DNA from: Trichormus sp. ATA11-4-KO1
GTDB taxonomy: Bacteria > Cyanobacteriota > Cyanobacteriia > Cyanobacteriales > Nostocaceae
Length of the DNA: 24,000 bases
Direction: 5' to 3'
Assembly (NCBI GenBank): GCA_019358915.1
Contig: JAHHIM010000003.1
Span: forward strand, 5,007-29,006
A model generated the notes under the pieces. That model ran no database searches. It was not told where the DNA came from and worked only from the letters and a program-made list of their open reading frames with translations. Position numbers and translations under genes: made by a program. Positions 9,006-17,050 of this stretch are shown here, in pieces (within the stretch, counting starts at the first letter, position 1; each line of letters begins with the position of its first letter).

Positions 9006-9659
9006 ATGGGAATTAATAGTCTGTTTACGGCAGGCGGCGTAGTAATGTGGCCCTTGTTTGGGTTTTCTGTGTTGGCGGTGGCACTGATTATTGAACGTAT
9101 CCGGTTTTGGGTCAGAATCAATAATCGTCAAAGCCGTGTAGTTAGAGATGTGTTGAATCTTTATCGGCTAGATAACGTAGTAGGTGCAATAGATAAACTA
9201 CAGAAAAATGCCGATTTGCCCTTGGCACGCATTTTTCTGGCGGCGTTGGAATTAGAAGAACCGAATCCTGAAGAGTTTCGTTTGGCGTTAGAAAGTGAGG
9301 CGCAAGCGGAGATACCTTTGCTCAAACGCTTTCAAAACATCTTTGAGACAATTATCGGTCTGGCACCACTATTAGGTTTACTTGGTACTGTATTGGGATT
9401 GATTACTTCCTTTGCCTCGCTGGATATCGGTGATGTGGGAGGTACAAAAACGGCAGGTGTCACGGCTGGGATAAGTGAAGCGTTAGTGTCTACCGCAGCA
9501 GGATTGGTAGTTGCTATATTTACACTTTTATTTGCCAACTCCTTTCGGGGACTGTATGTACGACAAATGGCGCTCATTCAGGAGTATGGGGGACAACTAG
9601 AATTACTTTACCGCCGACGCTACGAACGAGGAGAGAAAAGCTATGCGTCTACCAGATGA
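9006..9659 (+). CDS. exbB: MotA/TolQ/ExbB proton channel family protein
   Basis: 217 aa; ETIIGLAPLLGLLGTVLGLITSFASL and TAGVTAGISEALVSTAAGLVVAIFTLLFANSF are ExbB/TolQ signatures. Confidence 0.9.
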   Translation: MGINSLFTAGGVVMWPLFGFSVLAVALIIERIRFWVRINNRQSRVVRDVLNLYRLDNVVGAIDKLQKNADLPLARIFLAALELEEPNPEEFRLALESEAQAEIPLLKRFQNIFETIIGLAPLLGLLGTVLGLITSFASLDIGDVGGTKTAGVTAGISEALVSTAAGLVVAIFTLLFANSFRGLYVRQMALIQEYGGQLELLYRRRYERGEKSYASTR

Positions 9660-10047
9660 AGCAGATATCCCAGCACAAATCAACATCTTACCGATGATTG
9701 ACGTGATCTTTGCGATTCTCACGTTTTTTATCATGTCAACGCTGTTTTTAACCAGGTCGGAGGGCTTACCAGTTAATTTACCTAAGGCGACGACAGCAAT
9801 ACGACAGCAAGTTTCTACTAAAATTACCATCACGTTAGATGAAAGTGGAATGATTAGCCTCAATCGTCAACCAGTCCTAGTTGATTCATTAGCAGAACAA
9901 CTACGTACTTTGATTGGTTCTAACACAGAAGCGTTGGTAATTATTAATGCTGATGAGAAAGTAGGGCATGGTCAGGTAGTAGAGGTGATGGATAAGGTAC
10001 GTCAGGTAAAGGGAGCAAAGTTAGCGATTTCTACTCAAAAATCCTAA
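9643..10047 (+). CDS. exbD: ExbD/TolR family biopolymer transport protein
   Basis: 134 aa; INILPMIDVIFAILTFFIMSTLFLTRSEGLPVNLP single TM with conserved Asp; overlaps the 3' end of exbB by 17 bp. Confidence 0.9.
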   Translation: MRLPDEADIPAQINILPMIDVIFAILTFFIMSTLFLTRSEGLPVNLPKATTAIRQQVSTKITITLDESGMISLNRQPVLVDSLAEQLRTLIGSNTEALVIINADEKVGHGQVVEVMDKVRQVKGAKLAISTQKS

Positions 10048-10080
10048 GTACCCAAGTAATTACACCCCTCTCCACGTACT

Positions 10081-10106
10081 GATACAGCTGTTCATTCAGC
10101 TGTATC
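10081..10106. terminator. Hairpin downstream of exbD (possible transcript-end structure, no T-run)
   Basis: Perfect 10-bp inverted repeat GATACAGCTG-TTCATT-CAGCTGTATC. Confidence 0.45.
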
Positions 10107-10132
10107 TCATGCTCCTGATTTCTGCATGTACC

Positions 10133-10222
10133 TCACCTAACTGCAAAACCTGTAATCATTTGTACCGCCGTAATGAGTTGTTCCAAGGTGATTGGAATTG
10201 ATACCATGTCGGTAGCTATCAT
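10133..10222 (-). pseudogene. 29-codon ORF resembling the N-terminus of cyanobacterial small 'TLEQLi.A(v/i)Q' proteins; likely gene remnant
   Basis: Manual translation: MIATDMVSIPITLEQLITAVQMITGFAVR*. Pattern IPITLEQLITAVQ resembles N-termini of cyanobacterial antitoxin-like/hypothetical proteins, but the ORF stops after 29 aa. Confidence 0.3.
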
Positions 10223-10342
10223 GATCGTTTCTTAAATTGTAGTGCGATTTAAAAATATCAAAGGCAGGCAAGACTTGGCGTGAGCTTCATCGATAGCGCG
10301 CATGGCGTAGCCATATGCTGCCCGCCCCACAAGAGAATACAA

Positions 10343-12985
10343 TTAACTCAAAGCTGACATCAAATCACTCTGCGCCTTTGCCAACGCTTCTGGTAATTTA
10401 CTCGCATCACGTCCGCCGGCTTGGGCTAAGTTTGGTCTACCACCACCGCCACCGCCGCAAATTTTCGCGATCGCACCGACAAATTTACCCGCTTGTAGTC
10501 CCTTTTTATTCACCTCTGCACTGAAGGCTGCAACTATACTCACCTTCCCAGCTTCAGGAATAGAACCCAACACCACTGCACCGTTACCGATTTTTTGCAG
10601 TAACCTTTCCGCCGCAGTTTTCAATGATTCGGGGTCAATATCTTCCATTTGCGCTACCAAAATTTGATAATCGCCCACAGATTCTACTGATTGCAGCAAG
10701 CTGTCTGATTTAGCGATCGCCAGTTGTGATTTCAGGGTTGCTAGTTGTTTTTCAGCGTTTCTCAATTCAGTTTGCAGTGTGGTAATTCTCTCTGGTAATT
10801 CTTCGGGTTTAACTTTAAAGCGATCGCTTAAATCTTTGACTACTTTATCGCGAACATTGAGATAATCGAGTATTGCTGGGCCAGACACAGCCTCAATGCG
10901 TCGTACCCCAGACGCTACACCAGCCTCAGAAATAATCTTAAATATGCCAATCTCCGCAGTATTACTGACATGAGTTCCACCGCAGAGTTCCATAGATACG
11001 CTAGGAAAGTCAATCACGCGGACTTCTTCGCCGTATTTTTCTCCGAACATGGCCACAGCACCTCTAGCCTTGGCTTCTGCTAAAGGTAATATTTCTACGT
11101 TCGCCGGATGGGCTTCGGCAATCCAAGTATTCACCTGTTCCTCAACTTGCTGGACTTCTTCTGGTGTCAAAGCACGGGGACAGTTGAAGTCAAAGCGCAA
11201 TCTATCAAAGGAAACTAGGGAACCGGCTTGAGATATACCATCATCGACAATTTTCTTTAACGCTGCTTGTAATAGATGCGTTGCAGTATGGTTAGCTTGG
11301 GCGCGACGACGACAAGCCCGATCTATTTGAGCAGTCACAGCATCTCCTACTCGGATTGTACCGCGTTCGATGCGTCCAAAGTGGATAAAGAAATCAGATT
11401 CTTTTTTCACATCTTCCACGCGCACCACCACACCATCACCGGAGATATAACCGCGATCGCCTATTTGTCCGCCGGATTCGGCATAAAACGGGGTTTGGTT
11501 GAGAACAATTTGCACTTCTGTGCCGGCTTCTGCTGCTTCTTGGGAAATGCCATCTATTAATATGGCTTCAACGTTGGCTGTAGTTGCAGGTTGGGTATAA
11601 CCGATAAATTCGGTGGCGTGGATGTGTTCGGCTAACTTATCTAAAGAACCTTGTACAGTTAAATCAATGGTTTCGTGGGCAGCTTTGGCACGTTCCACCT
11701 GCTTTTGCATTTCGGCATCAAATCCCGCTTCATCAACGCTTAGGTGATTTTCTTCCGCGATTTCTTGGGTCAGTTCTAACGGGAAACCAAAGGTATCGTA
11801 TAAGGTGAAGGCACTTTCACCACTAATTTGGGTTTTATTTTGCTGTTTTACCTCTTGGATGACTTCTGCTAACAGTTTCTCACCCCTATCTAGAGTTTTC
11901 AGGAAGTTGGTTTCTTCTCGTTGCAGTTCAGCTTTAATAGCCGCTTCCCGTTGGCGCACATTGGGGTAAGCTGATTCCGAAAGCGCGATCGCAGTTTCGG
12001 CAACTTGGTTAATAAATTCACCAGTAATGCCAATTAATCGCCCATGACGTACTACCCGCCGAATTAATCGCCGCAGCACATAACCCCGTCCGACGTTGGA
12101 GGCGCGAATTTCATCGGCAATCATGTGAACAACAGAACGCACATGATCACCAATGACTTTTAGGGAAACTTGGATTTTCTCGTCGCTGCTGTGGTAATCA
12201 ATCCCCGCAATTTGGGCGGCTGTTTGAATAATCGGGAAAATCAGGTCAGTTTCGTAGTTATTCGGCACTTGTTGAAGGATTTGCGCCATCCTTTCCAAAC
12301 CCATGCCAGTATCGATATTCTTATTTTGCAACGGTGTCAAGTTACCTGATGCATCCCGGTTATATTGCATGAAGACGAGGTTATAAAATTCGATAAACCG
12401 GGTATCGTCTTCTAAATCGATGTTTTCATCACCGCGTTCCGGGTGGAAGTCATAATAAATTTCCGAACAAGGGCCACAAGGGCCTGTGGGGCCAGATACC
12501 CAAAAGTTATCGTCTTCGCCCATGCGCTTAATTCTGGCTGCTGGTACGCCAATTTGATCGCGCCAAATATTATAAGCTTCGTCATCTTCTTCAAAAACGC
12601 TGACTACCAGACGTTCTGGTGGTAAACCAAAGACTTCAGTTGATAATTCCCATCCCCAGGCGATCGCTTGTTCTTTAAAATAATCACCAAAGCTAAAGTT
12701 ACCCAACATCTCAAAAAAAGTATGATGGCGTTTGGTGCGTCCGACGTTTTCGATGTCGTTGGTACGGATGCACTTTTGGGATGTGGTAGCCCGATTAAAT
12801 TCTGGTGTGCGCTGTCCCAGGAATATTGGTTTAAATGGTAGCATCCCCGCGATCGTCAGCAGCACGGTTGGATCTTCTGGTACGAGGGAAGCGCTGGGGA
12901 GAGTCTGGTGTCCGCGCCCAGCAAAGAAGTTAAGGAATAAGTTGCGAATTTCGTTACCGCTAAGTTTCTGGGGATTGTCAGGCAT
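10343..12985 (-). CDS. alaS: Alanyl-tRNA synthetase
   Basis: 880 aa; [76 protein letters not shown]-terminal [15 protein letters not shown]. Confidence 0.99.
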   Translation of the reverse strand: MPDNPQKLSGNEIRNLFLNFFAGRGHQTLPSASLVPEDPTVLLTIAGMLPFKPIFLGQRTPEFNRATTSQKCIRTNDIENVGRTKRHHTFFEMLGNFSFGDYFKEQAIAWGWELSTEVFGLPPERLVVSVFEEDDEAYNIWRDQIGVPAARIKRMGEDDNFWVSGPTGPCGPCSEIYYDFHPERGDENIDLEDDTRFIEFYNLVFMQYNRDASGNLTPLQNKNIDTGMGLERMAQILQQVPNNYETDLIFPIIQTAAQIAGIDYHSSDEKIQVSLKVIGDHVRSVVHMIADEIRASNVGRGYVLRRLIRRVVRHGRLIGITGEFINQVAETAIALSESAYPNVRQREAAIKAELQREETNFLKTLDRGEKLLAEVIQEVKQQNKTQISGESAFTLYDTFGFPLELTQEIAEENHLSVDEAGFDAEMQKQVERAKAAHETIDLTVQGSLDKLAEHIHATEFIGYTQPATTANVEAILIDGISQEAAEAGTEVQIVLNQTPFYAESGGQIGDRGYISGDGVVVRVEDVKKESDFFIHFGRIERGTIRVGDAVTAQIDRACRRRAQANHTATHLLQAALKKIVDDGISQAGSLVSFDRLRFDFNCPRALTPEEVQQVEEQVNTWIAEAHPANVEILPLAEAKARGAVAMFGEKYGEEVRVIDFPSVSMELCGGTHVSNTAEIGIFKIISEAGVASGVRRIEAVSGPAILDYLNVRDKVVKDLSDRFKVKPEELPERITTLQTELRNAEKQLATLKSQLAIAKSDSLLQSVESVGDYQILVAQMEDIDPESLKTAAERLLQKIGNGAVVLGSIPEAGKVSIVAAFSAEVNKKGLQAGKFVGAIAKICGGGGGGRPNLAQAGGRDASKLPEALAKAQSDLMSALS

Positions 12986-13313
12986 GGGTGGAAAAAGTAG
13001 GATTAATCAATTGAGGAACGTCCGCAGAGGATAGTTTGTCTCTTTTACAGACAAAGTATGCCGTAAGTGAGTTGCTGCTGGGACAGTTATCTACTAGGCG
13101 TATTTCCATAAGTAGCTTTATATATGTATTTTTGCATTTTGTTTCAGTTTGCTGCCAGAATTTTTTGCCATTCAGCAATTATGTGCAGTGATTGTGTAAT
13201 TCTCTATCTGTGAATTCCCCAATTGCCTAACTCTAGTAAGATGTGCGATCGCACTCTGCATCAATAATATGGGAATAATTAGCAAAAATAAGACTCATAT
13301 ACTGAGGTAAGTA

Positions 13314-13514
13314 ATGGCACTAAAATTAAAAGTTCCAGATATAGCCTGTGAAGATTGTGCAGCAAAAATTACTGAATCTATCCATGTCATGGAACCTCAT
13401 GCGCTGGTGGATGTGGATGTTCCAGACAAAACAGTTACTGTGGAATCTTCGGCTTCTGAGGAATCTATCAAACAGGTAATTGTTGCTGCTGGTTATAAAA
13501 TAGAAGGCTATTGA
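13314..13514 (+). CDS. Heavy-metal-associated (HMA) domain protein, copper-chaperone-like
   Basis: 66 aa; KVPDIACEDCAAKITESI with CxxC metal-binding motif, C-terminal AGYKIEGY. Confidence 0.85.
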   Translation: MALKLKVPDIACEDCAAKITESIHVMEPHALVDVDVPDKTVTVESSASEESIKQVIVAAGYKIEGY

Positions 13515-14286
13515 TTATAGCCTGACTCTTTCAAAATTACTTAGATATAGAACTAGCTATATCAAAATAAGTTAACCTTGATATTTCCGCTCATTCAATG
13601 GGCGGAATCGTATTTATTTAAATATTTTATAATATTATATTTTAATTAGTTTTATCTTGATTATTTAGGCATCTTTACCAGGCACTTTGACAAAATTTTA
13701 AAAATCCCAAGCAAATTAAATATACAAGCAAAAGCTACCGCATTCAGATCAAGTCTAATTACTCAGCACTTGCTTGAACTGCCTTATACTACTGCTAAAC
13801 GCCGAAAAAGCATCTTTTCCCAAGAAAAATACTCTGTTATGTCAGGTATATAAAATTTCCTGTATATATAAGACATCTCGGTTTTTACGGAGAAAAAGAA
13901 AATTTTATATTTTTTTCAACATTAGATGTAGGTAAAAATTTGTCCTTTTTAAAGTTGATGTAAATACAAATATTCCGCTTGGATAATGCTCGGAAATAAC
14001 TCATATCTGTAAATCACAGTAATACTTTTAAAAACAGGAAAAATATTCCGTGTTTTTACTGTTTTAAAAAAAATAAGAAAAGGCAGACAGTAATTATGAG
14101 AACTTTAAGTTACTCAAGTTTAACTAAACCTAGGTATTAAGAGGAGATTAAAATTTGTAGACAGTGATATATTTAGCGTCGATACTATTAAATATGGGGT
14201 AATAACCCTATGTTAGAAATACCGATATATTTAATACTCGGAAAAACCAGCAAGTTTTAGCTTGAAATAGGGCAGAAAGCACAGCA

Positions 14287-15312
14287 ATGAATATTTCTAT
14301 TCTGGTCTTTGGAAGTAAGAACTTTCTCGCTACACTTCCCGATCAGATCCTTGATGCAACCGCTTTTAGTATAGAAGTTATCATGGATGTCAATCAGGCA
14401 GTTTCGCACATGCAAATTACACCGCCAGATGTAATACTTGTACAGGCTAGTTTGAATGGCAGTATGGAACTGTGTCGTTGGCTGAAAGACCAGACCCAGC
14501 TATCCTGGATATACTGTATTCTTTTAGAAGATCGTCCCCAACAGCTAGCAGCGAGAAATCAGCATGACTGGGAATGGGAATTAGAAATGACTGCCAATGC
14601 ACTCAGGCAAGGATCTGATGCTTATATTTGGCAGCTTCCTGAGACAAAAACAGACCGAAGTTTCACAAGCATGACGGCAAATCACGGTCTATTACTAGCC
14701 CAATTGACAGTCGGCATACGAAAAGCGCAAAAATACCGTGATTTGCTGCGGACAAATGATGTATTGTCAGCGATCGCCTTAGCTGATTCCTTGACAGACA
14801 TGAATAATCGCCGGGCTTTGGAATGGGAATTACCCAGACAAATTAAAAAAGCACGGACTCAAGGAACTCCCTTGAGTGTAATTATTTTAGATGTAGACTA
14901 TTTCAAACAAGTTAACGATACCTATGGTCATTTAGTTGGCGATCGCCTCTTGCAATTACTATGTAGCCGTCTGCGGCATAATCTGCGGTTTCAAGATACT
15001 CCATTCCGTTATGGTGGAGAGGAATTCGTGGTGATTTTAGCTAACACTAATGGCGAGGAAGCATTGCTAGTGGCAGAGCGTCTCAACCGTGTAGTTAGTG
15101 AGAAACAGTTTACAATCAACAGTAAACTAACTATTAATATCACGATTAGCCTAGGTGCTGCGTGTCTGCAAGAACAAGATGATGATAATGGCTTCAACCT
15201 ATTGCATCGTGCCGATCAATACTTGTTGCAAGCTAAAGCTACTGGACGAAATAAAGCTGTTGGGCGTGATTACTCATCCTCGGTTTCGCATCTTAGAGCA
15301 GTTTCATCTTAA
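14287..15312 (+). CDS. Diguanylate cyclase (GGDEF domain) with N-terminal receiver-like domain lacking the phosphoacceptor Asp
   Basis: 341 aa; DSLTDMNNRRALEWELPRQ, FRYGGEEFVVIL active site, upstream RFQD resembling the RxxD I-site; N-terminal PPDVILVQASLNGSMELCRWLKD is REC-like with Q in place of Asp. Confidence 0.9.
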   Translation: MNISILVFGSKNFLATLPDQILDATAFSIEVIMDVNQAVSHMQITPPDVILVQASLNGSMELCRWLKDQTQLSWIYCILLEDRPQQLAARNQHDWEWELEMTANALRQGSDAYIWQLPETKTDRSFTSMTANHGLLLAQLTVGIRKAQKYRDLLRTNDVLSAIALADSLTDMNNRRALEWELPRQIKKARTQGTPLSVIILDVDYFKQVNDTYGHLVGDRLLQLLCSRLRHNLRFQDTPFRYGGEEFVVILANTNGEEALLVAERLNRVVSEKQFTINSKLTINITISLGAACLQEQDDDNGFNLLHRADQYLLQAKATGRNKAVGRDYSSSVSHLRAVSS

Positions 15313-15607
15313 ACAGCGCTGAGTGCTGAGTTTAATACTGATGATATAAACTACAACACAGTATACTTATTCATCCTTCTTCACTTCGGCCACGCTCAGT
15401 ACAAGCCCCCTGACTCCAACAGCACTTCCTTTTTGTTGAATTGTGGATTTCCCCAAAGTTTTGACTTCTACCTTGCGGCGCTAGCTTCTCCCCAAAATTC
15501 TCTAGAAAGTAAAAAATTGTTTTCCCCAACTACTACTGCCATAATTATTGAGTGATTGAGGCAAAATATTAAGCAAAGTATAAAAACTGATTAAATTTAA
15601 CTACTTC

Positions 15608-15759
15608 TGTGGAAAAATCATTATTTGTTGGGGAAAACTTGATTAAGTATTATTACCCTGTGGAAAAAATAGGGGGTTTTTCCACAAGTTTTCCACAGAT
15701 ATTAACCGACTCAACCATTCTTTCGCCAGACTTATGGCAAGTTTTCCACAGTTTCCACA
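15608..15759. promoter_or_regulatory. Cluster of DnaA boxes upstream of dnaN, candidate chromosomal replication origin (oriC)
   Basis: Five exact TTTTCCACA boxes: 15608-15616(-), 15659-15667(-), 15678-15686(+), 15689-15697(+), 15742-15750(+). One-mismatch boxes at 15520-15528(+, TTTTCCCCA), 15629-15637(-, TGGGGAAAA) and 15751-15759(+, GTTTCCACA). AT-rich flanks at about 15541-15605 and 15762-15795. Confidence 0.75.
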
Positions 15760-15818
15760 ATTCTGATAAATATCTATGATTTGATTAATAAAAGCAACGT
15801 ACCACTCCCCACTCCTCT

Positions 15819-16973
15819 ATGAAATTAGTTTGCGCCCAAAGCGATCTCAGTACAAATCTTTCACTCGTTAGCCGTGCAGTCCCGTCACGACCGACTCATC
15901 CGGTACTTGCTAATGTGCTGTTACAAGCAGATGCTCAAACTAACCAAGTTAGCTTAACTGCCTTTGATCTCAGCTTAGGTATCCGTACTAGCTTTCATGC
16001 TGAGGTATTAGAAGGAGGCGCGATCGCACTGCCAGCTAAACTGCTTTTAGACATCACCTCGCGGCTTCCAGAAGGCGAAATCACTTTAGATGATGAATCA
16101 GCCGAAACATCCACTGGTGAAGGTCTCATCGTTACCCTGATGCCGAAAAGTGGACATTATCAAGTGCGCGCCATGGAAGCGGAAGAGTTTCCTGAACTAC
16201 CTGTGATTGACAATACTGAACCCCTTAATTTAACTACCACTGCCTTAATTGAAGGATTACGCGGGTCATTATTTGCTACCAGTGGCGATGAAACCAAGCA
16301 AGTTCTGACGGGAGTACATTTAACAGTAAAACAAGACACCCTAGAATTTGCTGCTACCGACGGACATCGCCTTGCAGTAGTAGAAACTACCAACGAAAGT
16401 CCCCTTGGTGATCATGGTCAACTAGAAGTGACAGTCCCAGCTAGAGCCTTACGCGAACTACAACGGATGTTGGCTCATAATGCTGCTGCCGATGAAGCGA
16501 TCGCCTTATATTTAGATCAAGGTCAAGTTGTGTTTGCCTGGCAAAATCAAAGATTGACGAGCCGCACCCTAGACGGGCAATATCCAGCTTATCGCCAACT
16601 AATTCCCCGCCAATTTGAACGCCAGGTGACAATTGAACGGCGACAATTTATCAGCACTTTAGAGCGAATTGCCGTGCTGGCTGACCAGAAAAATAATATT
16701 GTTAAAGTCACTATTGACAATGCCACCCAGGAACTTACCTTATCGTGTGAAGCTCAAGATGTGGGTAGCGGTAGAGAATCGATGAGCGCCCAAATATCCG
16801 GGGAAGATATAGAAATTGCTTTTAACATCAAGTATTTGATGGAAGGATTGAAAGAGTTACCATCTGCCGAAATTAAAATGCACCTCAATCAAGCCCTGAC
16901 TCCGGTAATTTTTACACCACTGGGTGGTTTGAAAATGACTTATTTAGCTATGCCTGTACAACTTAGGAATTAG
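15819..16973 (+). CDS. dnaN: DNA polymerase III subunit beta (sliding clamp)
   Basis: 384 aa; MKLVCAQSDLSTNLSLVSRAVPSRPTHPVLANVLLQAD, VTGVHLT-like region, FATDGHRLAV, C-terminal LGGLKMTYLAMPVQLRN. Confidence 0.98.
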   Translation: MKLVCAQSDLSTNLSLVSRAVPSRPTHPVLANVLLQADAQTNQVSLTAFDLSLGIRTSFHAEVLEGGAIALPAKLLLDITSRLPEGEITLDDESAETSTGEGLIVTLMPKSGHYQVRAMEAEEFPELPVIDNTEPLNLTTTALIEGLRGSLFATSGDETKQVLTGVHLTVKQDTLEFAATDGHRLAVVETTNESPLGDHGQLEVTVPARALRELQRMLAHNAAADEAIALYLDQGQVVFAWQNQRLTSRTLDGQYPAYRQLIPRQFERQVTIERRQFISTLERIAVLADQKNNIVKVTIDNATQELTLSCEAQDVGSGRESMSAQISGEDIEIAFNIKYLMEGLKELPSAEIKMHLNQALTPVIFTPLGGLKMTYLAMPVQLRN

Positions 16974-16981
16974 CAGGGTTT

Positions 16982-17030
16982 GTAGTCAGCACTAAAGTGC
17001 TGAGAAAATCAGGACTTTAGTCCTGACTAC
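16982..17030. repeat. Structured palindromic element / bidirectional terminator candidate between convergent genes
   Basis: GTAGTCAGCACTAAAGT (16982-16998) pairs with ACTTTAGTCCTGACTAC (17014-17030), 16/17 match. Alternatively two short hairpins form: CAGCACT-AA-AGTGCTG and CAGGACT-TT-AGTCCTG. Confidence 0.75.
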
Positions 17031-17050
17031 GAACTTGCTTAACCATCAAT

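Noticed and set aside
9332-9863. Minus-strand ORFs (9332-9577, 9603-9863) over exbB/exbD
   Set aside because: Antisense shadow ORFs of strongly supported genes.
10315-10524. 69-aa plus-strand ORF at the end of alaS
   Set aside because: Antisense to the conserved alaS C-terminus; composition is not protein-like.
11049-13034. Several plus- and minus-strand ORFs (11049-11231, 11276-11560, 12412-12594, 12443-12625, 12732-13034) over alaS
   Set aside because: All lie in alternative frames of alaS, a well-supported gene.
15009-15197. 62-aa minus-strand Ser/Leu-rich ORF inside the GGDEF gene
   Set aside because: Shadow ORF of the GGDEF domain coding sequence.
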